A stretch of 64,000 nucleotides of DNA from Candidatus Poribacteria bacterium (GCA_965217715.1 OZ244563.1:2294165-2358164); one strand, 5' to 3'. Shown: positions 31,140 to 41,726, counted from the stretch's first letter. Translations and numbers: made by a program. Notes: generated by a model not told the origin, from the letters alone.

Positions 31140-31261
31140 TATAGTAAAGCATAAAAAAATAGATATTTTGTCTCCAAATGTTACGTGGATTCTCCTTCGG
31201 TAAGCAAGGTTCCCTAACCTCGCTTGTTCAGAATGTCTTGTTAATTCTATAATCTACTATA
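31140..31261. mobile_element. MITE family B, copy 3, with a degenerate REP
   Basis: tatagtaaagcata / gaatgtcttgttaattctataatctactata (matches the right end of copy 2); gtaagcaaggttccctaacctcgc inside. Confidence 0.62.
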
Positions 31262-31302
31262 GTTGTACATAAAACCTACAAAAGTGGGTAAGGAAACAGA
31301 AA

Positions 31303-32631
31303 GTGGAATTAAATCTTGAACTTACAAGGCAAACTAAGATTTTGCTTGGCGTTTTGGGAGCTGTCCTTATTATTGCCGTTGCGACGCAATGGGGACCGGG
31401 ACTAAACAGTTTGATTTCCAATACCGACATGGAAAACAAACAACAAACCTTGCAAACATCTAAAGATTTGATAGCAGCATCAAAAATCTTGAAACCTATT
31501 GCAACCAGTTTATACAAAAAGGCTGGACTCGCAGACAATGAACAAGATAAAACTATTTTTGATGGAGCTTATTCTGATACGGTTATCCGTGAAAAAATTG
31601 ACTCAATCGTGAAAGAAGCTGGTATTCCCAAGAATTACCAATTAGATGTGGATCCAGTCCCAGGTAAAAAATTAGAGAAAATTTCAACGCAGGCACGACA
31701 AAACCTTGTTGTTTATCTTTATCAAAGCAAGTTGGAAACCGAACGAGATACGCTCAATGCTGAAATTGAAGCTGAACTTCAAGCGCAAACCGAAGTTGAA
31801 GCTGAACTTCAAGCGCAAACCGAAGTTGAAGAGGATGCTTTGGATATGTTGATGAATGCATGGTTAGATGAAGCAGGTGAGGACACCGAAACACCGAAAG
31901 AAGCTGAGAAATCTGACGAGGATCCGATTAATGAAAAATCTGATGAGGATCAGGTAACCGAAAAGTCTGATGAAAATTCCCTGGAGGCAAATGTAGAAGA
32001 GGATGTTGAAACACCACAAACACCTCAAGAGTCATACAAAAATCAAATCGATTCGCAAAATCCGGTGGATACTGAATCCCAATGGGAATTTACATCTTTT
32101 CCGGATACCATACCAAGTTCAATGCGAATTGAGTTGATCGAACTTATTATTTCTATGGCGGAGCAACATCTTGTAGGTGCTGAAATAAAAATGTTTGAAA
32201 AAGAATTCTATACTTCACAAACGGAGACAACCTCCGGGTTTTTCGGTATTGGCGCTAAAAAACCTATAACCGAGATCGGCTTTTATCCAAATAGCCAGAT
32301 TTCAGCCAAATTCACAGAACTCATTGATGATTATGGCGAAGAACTGGACAAGGAAAAACTTACCGTAGAACTACTTGGATATCTTGAAAAGATTGAATCA
32401 CAGATTACAGAACTTTCTCGGAAGTTACAAATGGCTCCCGTCACCTATTCGCCTGAAAGTTATACCGTAAAAATGAAGTTTAAAGCGGAACTTGATAAAC
32501 TCGTTAACTTTAATCGACTTATTGAAACCAGAATCAAATGGTTAATGGTAAGAGATCTCCAAATTTCCGCTGATAACAAAGATAATAAAATGAATGTGGA
32601 CATTCTTATGATTGCGGGGGTTTATCAATAA
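31303..32631 (+). CDS. GspM/PilO-like protein with a large acidic insertion
   Basis: N-terminal TM; C-terminal YTVKMKF..L.NF...IE....LMVRDLQI; position between gspL and gspD; 30-bp tandem repeat at 31766-31831. Confidence 0.65.
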   Translation: MELNLELTRQTKILLGVLGAVLIIAVATQWGPGLNSLISNTDMENKQQTLQTSKDLIAASKILKPIATSLYKKAGLADNEQDKTIFDGAYSDTVIREKIDSIVKEAGIPKNYQLDVDPVPGKKLEKISTQARQNLVVYLYQSKLETERDTLNAEIEAELQAQTEVEAELQAQTEVEEDALDMLMNAWLDEAGEDTETPKEAEKSDEDPINEKSDEDQVTEKSDENSLEANVEEDVETPQTPQESYKNQIDSQNPVDTESQWEFTSFPDTIPSSMRIELIELIISMAEQHLVGAEIKMFEKEFYTSQTETTSGFFGIGAKKPITEIGFYPNSQISAKFTELIDDYGEELDKEKLTVELLGYLEKIESQITELSRKLQMAPVTYSPESYTVKMKFKAELDKLVNFNRLIETRIKWLMVRDLQISADNKDNKMNVDILMIAGVYQ

Positions 32632-35600
32632 TGAAAATGTGCAGAAATGATGTTTGTCCGATGTGGGTACAGAAACTTAATATATACTTGAGTGTATTGG
32701 TGTGTTTCGGATTATTCGTTCTCATTCCGGGAAATCTGTTGGCACAGCAGCGGGGTGGTCAAGGCACGCTGGAAGTTGCTGAACGGGATGAGGAAACTGG
32801 CGAAGCAACAAGATTTAACTTTGATTTTACGAGCCGAGAACTCAAGAACGTGTTTGAATGGTTATCTCGTGAAACCGATCTCACCGTTATCGCCAGTGAA
32901 AATGATATTCAAGGTAAGCAGTTTGCACTTATTAACTTGAATAACGTGACACTTGATGAAGTCATTGAAAAAATCAAAACTGTCCTCGCGCAGTATAACC
33001 TAACCTTTGTTAGAGTTGATAGCACCCTTCTTGTCACTACCTTTGAAAAAGCAATTGTGATGAATGTGCCTGTCAAGATTATAGAGGCTAATCCTGAACT
33101 GGTTGAAATGACTGATGAGATTCAGACTTACATTATCCGATTGGTAAATGCGTCTGCATCGGAGCAAGCGGGTGTATTGAAACCTTTATTGAATAAACAA
33201 GCAAACATATTTGCTGATACGATGACGAATGCGCTTGTCATCACCGATGTGTCATCTAACGTCCGCAGGATCGTATCGATTTTACAATTTGCTGATGAAG
33301 GTGAGAGGAACCCATTAAAGATCGCTATTATCCGATTAACTTATGCGGATGCTGAAGCTTTAGAAGACACACTTGAAAATGTATTTGAAGATAACGAAGC
33401 AGATAACAAACCGTCACCAACGCAAGTTGCTATGGACCCCGAGGAGCTCAGACAGACTATTGAACAAGGCTTAGGTGTGCCATTAGTTGAGGGGATGGTT
33501 GAGGTTGAGGCAGATAGCAACTCAAACTCCATCATTCTAAAAGCCGCTGAGGACAACTTGGTTATTCTTAGAGAAATCATACGTCATCTTGACATTGCGC
33601 CGGATCTTTCAACGGATATCCGAACATATCGACTGGATTATGCCTCAGCTGAAGATGTTGCCACAACGCTTGAAGAAATTATTACTGGTGAAAGTGGCCG
33701 AGGCGGTAGTAGAAGAAGTTTTGACAGGGAAGATATTTTGGAGATGATGACGTATCGACGGAGACAAGGGGACTCCAGCGATCTTTTTCAGGGAATTGTC
33801 GGTTTGGTAAATGTTTCTCGAAATGATAGGCTGAACATCGTTATTGTTTCCTCTGACCCGCGCAATTTCACCATCATTGAGAAGATTATTGAAGTCCTTG
33901 ATCAAAAGCAGACGGAAAATGAGTTCAAGATGTATCTACTTGAGTTCGCAGATGCTGCAACCCTCAAAGAGAATCTAACTGCCCTTTTTGAAGGCGAGGA
34001 TACAGGGGGTGATAGCTACCGGTATAATTGGTGGGACCGAGATAGAAGGGACTCAAACCAACAAGATAGTGGTTTTGGGGTGCAAGGTACTGTTCACATT
34101 GTTGAAGATATTAGGCTTAATGCATTGCTCATTTCTACTTCTTCTCAGAATTTTCCGATGATTGACGATCTGATCAAAAAACTTGATGTCAACCTACCCG
34201 ACCAAGAATGGGGTTCAAGAATCTTTTATCTGAAGTATGCTGATGCTGAAAATGTGGCAAATCTGATTAACTCACATTACCAAGGGAACCAAGACGATTT
34301 TAGTGGAGGAGATAGCTACTATTATTACCGCTATTATCTTCCTCAGCGTCAATCAACACCGCAAGCACAAGGTGCCCTGGCAGGCAACGTTGCTGCCCAA
34401 CCTTTGACGAGCCACAATGCGCTTATAGTATCTACAGGGACGAAACGTAACTTCGAACTTATCCAAGACTTTATTAAACGACTTGATATACCTACACCCG
34501 AAGTAATGATAGAAACCACCGAAATAATTCGCCTTGAATATGCAACCGCGGATTCTATTGCTCAGGTGCTGGCACAAGTCTGGCAAGACCCGCAAGCCGA
34601 AGATGATGAGGGGTTTGGTTTTCGTAGATTTTTCGGTTCAGGAAACCAAGACGAAGAACCGGCTGACATCAATTCACTATTCGGTAAGGTTACTGTCTAT
34701 GCTGATCCAGATACGAACTCCCTTATCGTCACAACTCGACGCCGCTATCTTGATCAGGTTAGAGCTCTTGTCAAAAAGCTTGATTTCGTTCGAGGACAGG
34801 TGCGCATTGATATTAAGATACTTGAAGTTACCCTTGATGAAACCACAAAACTCGGTATTGAAGTGGCTGCTAATGAAAAGAAACTTGGTGGTCTTGAACT
34901 CGCTCCAGGGAATCCATTGGTCGGAAACACAAAGGCTGAACTCGGACTCACTCAGGAAATCTCCGGATTTAACTATAGTTTGGTAACGAAAGAATATATG
35001 GCTCTCTTACACACCCTTATTCGTGAAAATAAAGTCAAGACGCTTTCAACACCCACAATCACGACACGTGACAGTCGTCCTGCTACATGGAGTAGTGGAC
35101 GCCGTATTCCATACCTACAAAGTGTTGATACCAATAGCATCCTTGGCGATACCGCTACACAACCACTCTTCAACTACGATTTTATTGATCCACCTGTCGG
35201 CATTAACATATCCCTCACGCCTTTTATCGCAAGATCGCAGGCAGAGGAAAATGGAAAACGAACAATCGGATTAGATATTACAAACATCAGTGCAAGCAAC
35301 TTTATTGAATTTACTGATTTTAATGCGCCGATAACTGACGATAACTCTCTCAGTGCCTATGTTGACGTTGAAGATGGACAGAAACTTATCGTTGGTGGCA
35401 TCATTCGCAAGAAACAGAAACAGGTGGAAAACAAAGTTCCCTTCCTCGGGGATATTCCTTTACTTGGAAGACTCTTCAAAAGCACCGAAACTGAAGTCCA
35501 AGATACAGAGATCGTTTTCATTATTACACCTCATATTTTTGACATAAAACAACCGGATGATATTGAGAAGCAGAAAGAAATAGCTGATGATTGGCAAAAA

Positions 35601-35636
35601 AATGGGATGGAAGATTTAGAGAATTCAATAAAATAA
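32631..35636 (+). CDS. gspD: Secretin GspD, copy 1
   Basis: N0 plus six NolW-like repeats, QVRIDIKILEV, KVPFLGDIPLLGRLF, IVFIITPHI. Confidence 0.93.
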   Translation: MKMCRNDVCPMWVQKLNIYLSVLVCFGLFVLIPGNLLAQQRGGQGTLEVAERDEETGEATRFNFDFTSRELKNVFEWLSRETDLTVIASENDIQGKQFALINLNNVTLDEVIEKIKTVLAQYNLTFVRVDSTLLVTTFEKAIVMNVPVKIIEANPELVEMTDEIQTYIIRLVNASASEQAGVLKPLLNKQANIFADTMTNALVITDVSSNVRRIVSILQFADEGERNPLKIAIIRLTYADAEALEDTLENVFEDNEADNKPSPTQVAMDPEELRQTIEQGLGVPLVEGMVEVEADSNSNSIILKAAEDNLVILREIIRHLDIAPDLSTDIRTYRLDYASAEDVATTLEEIITGESGRGGSRRSFDREDILEMMTYRRRQGDSSDLFQGIVGLVNVSRNDRLNIVIVSSDPRNFTIIEKIIEVLDQKQTENEFKMYLLEFADAATLKENLTALFEGEDTGGDSYRYNWWDRDRRDSNQQDSGFGVQGTVHIVEDIRLNALLISTSSQNFPMIDDLIKKLDVNLPDQEWGSRIFYLKYADAENVANLINSHYQGNQDDFSGGDSYYYYRYYLPQRQSTPQAQGALAGNVAAQPLTSHNALIVSTGTKRNFELIQDFIKRLDIPTPEVMIETTEIIRLEYATADSIAQVLAQVWQDPQAEDDEGFGFRRFFGSGNQDEEPADINSLFGKVTVYADPDTNSLIVTTRRRYLDQVRALVKKLDFVRGQVRIDIKILEVTLDETTKLGIEVAANEKKLGGLELAPGNPLVGNTKAELGLTQEISGFNYSLVTKEYMALLHTLIRENKVKTLSTPTITTRDSRPATWSSGRRIPYLQSVDTNSILGDTATQPLFNYDFIDPPVGINISLTPFIARSQAEENGKRTIGLDITNISASNFIEFTDFNAPITDDNSLSAYVDVEDGQKLIVGGIIRKKQKQVENKVPFLGDIPLLGRLFKSTETEVQDTEIVFIITPHIFDIKQPDDIEKQKEIADDWQKNGMEDLENSIK

Positions 35637-35812
35637 TAGCAGAATTCCATTACATCCCTTACCTTTGTATATATACTCAGTTGGTCTTCTAAACGCAAAC
35701 TTAAAGGAAGAAATCTGTTTCCAGATAATGTCATAAGTGCTAATGCGGTGGTGTTAAAACATCATCTTGACATGCCAAACACACTTTAGAATCAAATAGT
35801 TGTAAAATTCGA

Positions 35813-38800
35813 ATGATTACGAGGGAATTGTCCATGATATTGAAATATAGCAATTTGTTTAAAACATTATCACGACAACACTGCAAATTATACCTAATTT
35901 ATTTGGTGTGTTTCGGATTATTCGTTCTTATTCCGGGAAATCTGTTGGCGCAGCAGCGGGGTGGTCAAGGCACGCTGGAAGTTGCTGAACGGGATGAGGA
36001 AACTGGCGAAGCAATACGGTTTAACTTTGACTTTACGAGTCGAGAACTCAAGAACGTGTTTGAATGGTTGTCTCGTGAAACCGATCTCACTATTATCGCC
36101 AGTGAAAATGATATTCAAGGTAAGCAGTTTGCACTTATTAACTTGAATAACGTGACACTTGATGAAGTCATTGAAAAAATCAAAACTGTCCTCGCGCAGT
36201 ATAACCTAACCTTTGTTAGAGTTGATAGCACCCTTCTTGTCACTACCTTTGAAAAAGCAATTGTGATGAATGTGCCTGTCAAGATTATAGAGGCTAATCC
36301 TGAACTGGTTGAAATGACTGATGAGATTCAGACTTACATTATCCGATTGGTAAATGCGTCTGCATCGGAGCAAGCGGGTGTATTGAAACCTTTATTGAAT
36401 AAACAAGCAAACATATTTGCTGATACGATGACGAATGCGCTTGTCATCACCGATGTGTCATCTAACGTCCGCAGGATCGTATCGATTTTACAATTTGCTG
36501 ATGAAGGTGAGAGGAACCCATTAAAGATCGCTATTATCCGATTAACTTATGCGGACGCTGAAGCTTTAGAACAAACACTTGAAAATGTATTTGAAGATAA
36601 CGAAGCAGATAACAAACCGTCACCAACGCAAGTTGCTATGGACCCCGAGGAGCTCAGACAAACTATTGAACAAGGCTTAGGTGTGCCATTAGTTGAGGGG
36701 ATGGTTGAGGTTGAGGCAGATAGCAACTCAAACTCCATCATTCTAAAAGCCGCTGAGGACAACTTGGTTATTCTTAGAGAAATTATCCGTCATCTTGATA
36801 TCGCACCAGGTTTGTCAACCGATATTCGCACCTATCGTCTCGAATATGCCTCAGCTGAAGATGTTGCCACAACGCTTGAAGAGATCATCACTGGTGAAAG
36901 TACCCAGGAGGGTGGTAGAAGAAGTTTGGACAGGTGGTCTGCTGAGAAGATGCGTGCATATCGACGGGAACGTGGTGAGTCAGGTGATCTATATCAAGGA
37001 ATTGTAGGGACGGTAAATCTTTCTCGAAATGATAGGTTGAACATCGTTATTGTCTCTTCTGACCCGCGCAATTTCACCATCATTGAGAAGATTATTACTG
37101 AACTTGATCAAAAGCAGACGGAAAATGAGTTCAAGATGTATCTGCTTGAGTTCGCAGATGCTGCAACCCTCAAAGAGAATCTAACTGCCCTTTTTGAAGG
37201 CGAGGATACGGGTGGGGATAGCAATCGGTATAATTGGTGGGACAGGGGCAGAGATAATAACACAAACCAAGATAGTGCTTTTGGAGTGCAAGGAACTGTT
37301 CACATCGTTGAAGATATTAGACTCAATGCATTGCTCATTTCTACTTCTTCTCAGAATTTTCCGATGATTGACGATCTGATCAAAAAACTTGATGTCAACC
37401 TACCTGACCAAGAATGGGGTTCAAGGATCTTTTATCTGAAGTATGCTGATGCTGAAAATGTGGCAAATCTGATTAACACACATTATCAAGGGAACCAAGA
37501 CGATTTTAGGGGAGGTAGTAGCTACTATTATTACCGCTACTATCTTCCGCAACGTCAAACAACGCCGCAAGCACAAGGTGCGCTTTCAGGGAACGTTGCT
37601 GCACAACCTTTGGCGAGCCACAATGCCCTTATTATATCTACAGGGACGAAACGTAACTTCGAACTTATCCAAGACTTTATTAAACGGCTTGATATACCTA
37701 CACCCGAAGTAATGATAGAAACCACCGAAATAATTCGCCTTGAATATGCAACAGCGGATTCCATGGCTCAGGTGTTAGCACAAGTCTGGCAAGACCCGCA
37801 AGCCGAAGATGATGAGGGGTTTGGTTTTCGTAGATTTTTCGGTTCAGGAAACCAAGACGAAGAACCGGCTGACATCAATTCACTATTCGGTAAGGTTACT
37901 GTCTATGCTGATCCAGATACGAACTCCCTTATCGTCACAACTCGACGCCGCTATCTTGATCAGGTTAGAGCTCTTGTCAAAAAGCTTGATTTCGTTCGAG
38001 GACAGGTACGCATTGATATTAAGATACTTGAAGTCACCCTTGATGAAACCACAAAACTCGGTATTGAAGTGGCTGCTAGTGAAAAGAGACTCGGTGGTCT
38101 TGAACTCAGTCCGAGCAACCCACTTATTGGTAATACAAATGCTGAACTCGGTCTTGCCCAAGAGATTTCAGGATTCAACTATAGTTTGGTAACGAAAGAA
38201 TATATGGCACTGCTACACACCCTTATCCGTGAAAATAAAGTCAAGACGCTTTCAACACCCACAATCACGACACGTGACAGTCGTCCTGCTACATGGAGTA
38301 GTGGTCGGCGTATTCCATACCTACAAAGTGTTGATACCAATAGCATCCTTGGAGACACCGCTACACAACCACTCTTCAACTACGATTTTATTGATCCACC
38401 TGTCGGCATTAACATATCCCTCACGCCTTATATTGCAAGGTCGCAGGCGGGGGAAGATGGGAAACGGACAATCGGTTTAGATATTACAAATATCAGTGCC
38501 AGTAACTTTATTGAGTTTACCGATTTTAATGCGCCGATTACAGATGATAACGCTCTCAGTGTCTATATTGACATTGAAGATGGACAGAAACTTATCGTTG
38601 GGGGCATTATCCGTAAAAAACAGAAACAGGTGGAAAACAAAGTGCCTATACTTGGTGATATTCCTTTACTCGGGAGACTCTTCAAAAGCACCGAAACTGA
38701 AGTCCAAGACACGGAGATCGTTTTCATTATTACACCTCACATCATAGATATTAAGAATCCTGAAGACATAAAAAAACTGAGGCAGAAAGAGGATGATTGG

Positions 38801-38842
38801 CGGAAAAATGGAATGAAAGATATAGAGAATTCTGACAAATAG
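35813..38842 (+). CDS. gspD: Secretin GspD, copy 2 (near-identical tandem paralog)
   Basis: Colinear with copy 1; KVPILGDIPLLGRLF; start codon uncertain. Confidence 0.93.
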   Translation: MITRELSMILKYSNLFKTLSRQHCKLYLIYLVCFGLFVLIPGNLLAQQRGGQGTLEVAERDEETGEAIRFNFDFTSRELKNVFEWLSRETDLTIIASENDIQGKQFALINLNNVTLDEVIEKIKTVLAQYNLTFVRVDSTLLVTTFEKAIVMNVPVKIIEANPELVEMTDEIQTYIIRLVNASASEQAGVLKPLLNKQANIFADTMTNALVITDVSSNVRRIVSILQFADEGERNPLKIAIIRLTYADAEALEQTLENVFEDNEADNKPSPTQVAMDPEELRQTIEQGLGVPLVEGMVEVEADSNSNSIILKAAEDNLVILREIIRHLDIAPGLSTDIRTYRLEYASAEDVATTLEEIITGESTQEGGRRSLDRWSAEKMRAYRRERGESGDLYQGIVGTVNLSRNDRLNIVIVSSDPRNFTIIEKIITELDQKQTENEFKMYLLEFADAATLKENLTALFEGEDTGGDSNRYNWWDRGRDNNTNQDSAFGVQGTVHIVEDIRLNALLISTSSQNFPMIDDLIKKLDVNLPDQEWGSRIFYLKYADAENVANLINTHYQGNQDDFRGGSSYYYYRYYLPQRQTTPQAQGALSGNVAAQPLASHNALIISTGTKRNFELIQDFIKRLDIPTPEVMIETTEIIRLEYATADSMAQVLAQVWQDPQAEDDEGFGFRRFFGSGNQDEEPADINSLFGKVTVYADPDTNSLIVTTRRRYLDQVRALVKKLDFVRGQVRIDIKILEVTLDETTKLGIEVAASEKRLGGLELSPSNPLIGNTNAELGLAQEISGFNYSLVTKEYMALLHTLIRENKVKTLSTPTITTRDSRPATWSSGRRIPYLQSVDTNSILGDTATQPLFNYDFIDPPVGINISLTPYIARSQAGEDGKRTIGLDITNISASNFIEFTDFNAPITDDNALSVYIDIEDGQKLIVGGIIRKKQKQVENKVPILGDIPLLGRLFKSTETEVQDTEIVFIITPHIIDIKNPEDIKKLRQKEDDWRKNGMKDIENSDK

Positions 38843-38915
38843 CCTTTTGTTCAAAAACTTACGAATAGTTCCAATTACCCACAGCGGAAGCATGTGCTGT
38901 TACCGCTTTTTCTTT

Positions 38916-39587
38916 TTACCGTATATTCCGATACAATTTCGCAAGTCGTTCCAATGAGAAACCTAAAAAGAAGAGTAAAGTAATAAGCCCGTTTATTGCT
39001 GTTGTTCGGACAATACCATTCGTCTCCCACCGCCGTGCTGATATATGGATGCAAGGTTTAACCATCTTCGTTTTTCCTAACCCGCGCAATGCCTTGGAAA
39101 ACCCCATCTCCTCCATAATCGGAACTTCTGGAAAACCACCGATACGTTCAAAGTCACTCCTTTTCACAAAAATCCCGCTATCCCCATAAAAGACCTTTAG
39201 ATATTTACCGCGCATGTCTGCAGAAATCTCAATAATACGATACAGAATACTCTTTCCATCAATCTTTTGAAGAAATCCACCGCCGACATATCCCGACGAT
39301 AGTGTCGTTTCGACTGCAGCAAATGCCCCTGACTCAAGCCAAACATCTGCATGTAGAAAAACGAGAATTTCACCTGTCGCTGCCGCCGCACCGGCATTCA
39401 ACTGTTTAGCACGCCCCCGCTCAGATTTAATTACCTTCCCATATTTTTTTGCTATGCTGACAGATTCGTCAGTACTGCCGCCATCTACAATAAGGAGTTC
39501 ATGATTCCTCAATTCAGGTTGAAGTCGAGAGAGCGTTTTTTCCAAAATCTTTGCTTCATTCAGAATCGGAATAATAACTGAAATCAT
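38916..39587 (-). CDS. GT2 glycosyltransferase (TIGR04283-like)
   Basis: ISVIIPILNE, VDGGSTD, GRAKQLNAGA, FLHAD, YGD, SARRW. Confidence 0.9.
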   Translation of the reverse strand: MISVIIPILNEAKILEKTLSRLQPELRNHELLIVDGGSTDESVSIAKKYGKVIKSERGRAKQLNAGAAAATGEILVFLHADVWLESGAFAAVETTLSSGYVGGGFLQKIDGKSILYRIIEISADMRGKYLKVFYGDSGIFVKRSDFERIGGFPEVPIMEEMGFSKALRGLGKTKMVKPCIHISARRWETNGIVRTTAINGLITLLFFLGFSLERLAKLYRNIR

Positions 39588-39617
39588 ATCTCTTTAACAC
39601 ACAACAAGAGCAACATA

Positions 39618-41333
39618 CTAAGAAACTTTTTTGACATACTGATTCAGCGCCAAGATTGGAAAAACAGAGGCATAAATCGGATCGCTATACCCACCAATTA
39701 CTTCCCAATAAATACCGACACAACTCTCTTGCCAAGAACCATTTTCTCTTTGATTCTTTATGAGAAACTCAACTCCTTTCTCAGCAGCCCGATTTTCTCC
39801 ATCAGCAAGTAAAAGGGCATAAGTACACCATGCTGTCTGTTCCACGGTGCTATCAGTTGGGTTACCAAACATGTCTTCTCCCCAACCACCGTCCACATTT
39901 TGTGTCTGTTCCAACCAACGAATACCACGTGCAATCTCTGGCACATCTCCAAAACCTGCTTTAATGAACGCAACAAGCGCACATGCTGTCCCGTAGGTGC
40001 GTTTTGCTAACCAAAGATCATCCCAGTAGCCATCACGATGAATATTAGCACGAAGCCATTGAACACCACGGTTTACAAACATTTCATTGTCACCGTCTGC
40101 AAGTAATGCCTCAATTGCATGTGCGGTAATGCTAACACATCCAACATCACCTTGCCCAGGTTGATACGTGCTCCAACTGCCATCTGTCCCCTGATTCTGT
40201 TTCAACCACTCAATCCCGCGTTGAATAGCACTGTTTGCATCTGCGGATGTAAGTTTTGCTCGAATTATAGCAAGGGTTGCCAAAGCAGTATCATCTGCAT
40301 CACTCGGAAGAGAACTATCGCGCATGCCAGAAAACGCCCACCCACCGTTGTCATTTTGATGATCAACAAGCCATTGTGCTGCTTTTTTGACCGGCTCCGA
40401 GTTATCGGTATAATTTGCTTCAATCTCTGTTAAGGCGATAATGCTAAGGGCTGTGTCCCACACGTTGAGATTTATGGCTTCTCTACAGCCACCGTCTGGA
40501 TTCTGCGTGGCACGCAGCCATTCAATACCTTTTTCAATTAACAGTTGAATCTCAGAATCATTACTACTATTGTTGTGGAATTCAATCAGCGCCAAAACAG
40601 AGAGTGCAGTGATATAATTCACACGAAACCAACTGCCATCACTCAAAACACGTGCTTTCAACCAAGCCACCAACGCATTTATGATTTCAAAACGTTTTGT
40701 TGTATTTAATTCTATTAAAATAAAGACTGGAACTAAAGTATGTTGTTCAGCAATAAACAACTCTTCAAAAAGAGATGTGTTAAAAAGGTCTACGGGAGGA
40801 AGTTTGTTTCTCGGAGGCTTCAACAAGACACGCAGAATTGGGATGCGCGTTAAGAGTTTGACAAGTCTCATCAACGGCAATGCTTTTTTCGAAACGGTCA
40901 ATTTTTGCCAGTCAAATCGATTGAAAGATGCGTAGGAAAGTTTAACTAAAGCGAGGTCAAGCGGGGACTGTGGAATGCAGGACAGTGTTTCCTGAAGCTG
41001 CGGTGTTGACACATTTTCAGATGCTTGTTCCAAAATCAATTGCGTAAACAACGTTGCATCCGGATTTGATTGATTTGCAGTATCCAATCCCCACGCACCA
41101 TCTTCGTTCTGGTTTTTTATGAACCAATCAATCAACGCTTTTTCTGGTGTTTGTCCTTGCGCAAGTTGAATCCAAGCATAAGCACAAGACGGAAACGTAC
41201 TTGAGGAAAGTTGTCCTTCAAAGTTTCCGTCCACATGCTGCTGTGTCAGTAATAAATCAATAGCATGTGCTAAGGCAGATGTAGTCTGTTCCTTAATTTT
41301 TTCTGTTAGTTGGGGAGGTTGGTTTTGTCTCAT
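39618..41333 (-). CDS. Squalene-hopene cyclase-like class II terpene cyclase
   Basis: DADDTA (DXDD) motif, VWDTAL, about seven QxxDGxW (QW) repeats, YGT, STVEQTAW. Confidence 0.85.
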   Translation of the reverse strand: MRQNQPPQLTEKIKEQTTSALAHAIDLLLTQQHVDGNFEGQLSSSTFPSCAYAWIQLAQGQTPEKALIDWFIKNQNEDGAWGLDTANQSNPDATLFTQLILEQASENVSTPQLQETLSCIPQSPLDLALVKLSYASFNRFDWQKLTVSKKALPLMRLVKLLTRIPILRVLLKPPRNKLPPVDLFNTSLFEELFIAEQHTLVPVFILIELNTTKRFEIINALVAWLKARVLSDGSWFRVNYITALSVLALIEFHNNSSNDSEIQLLIEKGIEWLRATQNPDGGCREAINLNVWDTALSIIALTEIEANYTDNSEPVKKAAQWLVDHQNDNGGWAFSGMRDSSLPSDADDTALATLAIIRAKLTSADANSAIQRGIEWLKQNQGTDGSWSTYQPGQGDVGCVSITAHAIEALLADGDNEMFVNRGVQWLRANIHRDGYWDDLWLAKRTYGTACALVAFIKAGFGDVPEIARGIRWLEQTQNVDGGWGEDMFGNPTDSTVEQTAWCTYALLLADGENRAAEKGVEFLIKNQRENGSWQESCVGIYWEVIGGYSDPIYASVFPILALNQYVKKVS

Positions 41334-41411
41334 CGTTCATATTTTAGAAATGAAATGTGAAAGGAGTATAACATATTTCAGTGAGTTAGACAACTTTATT
41401 CTGAAACGCTC

Positions 41412-41656
41412 CAGGGTTATTTAGTTTTCGGTTTTTCTATTATATTTTATCACAAACGTTAATACTTCATTATAGTATCGTAGGTTGGGTTGAACCGCAG
41501 GTGAAACCCAACATTTACAGCCTGTAAAGGGTTACATGTTGGGTTTCGTGCCTCAACCCCGACAAATGCCGAAAAGCGCATTTAGCGTTGATTCCCTACA
41601 GTATAAACTCTCAGTAACGCTCATCAGTCGAAAATTCTTAAAACTAAATAACCCTG
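41412..41656. mobile_element. MITE family A, copy 2, carrying a REP doublet and a hairpin insert
   Basis: cagggttatttagtttt / aaaactaaataaccctg; flanks gaaacgctc / caaacgctc. Confidence 0.88.
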
Positions 41657-41726
41657 CAAACGCTCCCAGAGCCATTCAGTTTGAGTTTTTTCAATTTGTG
41701 GGTTGGGGGTCACTCCTATAAAAGAA

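Noticed and set aside
32631-38842. Diversity-generating retroelement TR/VR pair
   Set aside because: Both copies are full genes, the differences are not adenine-specific, and no reverse transcriptase is present.
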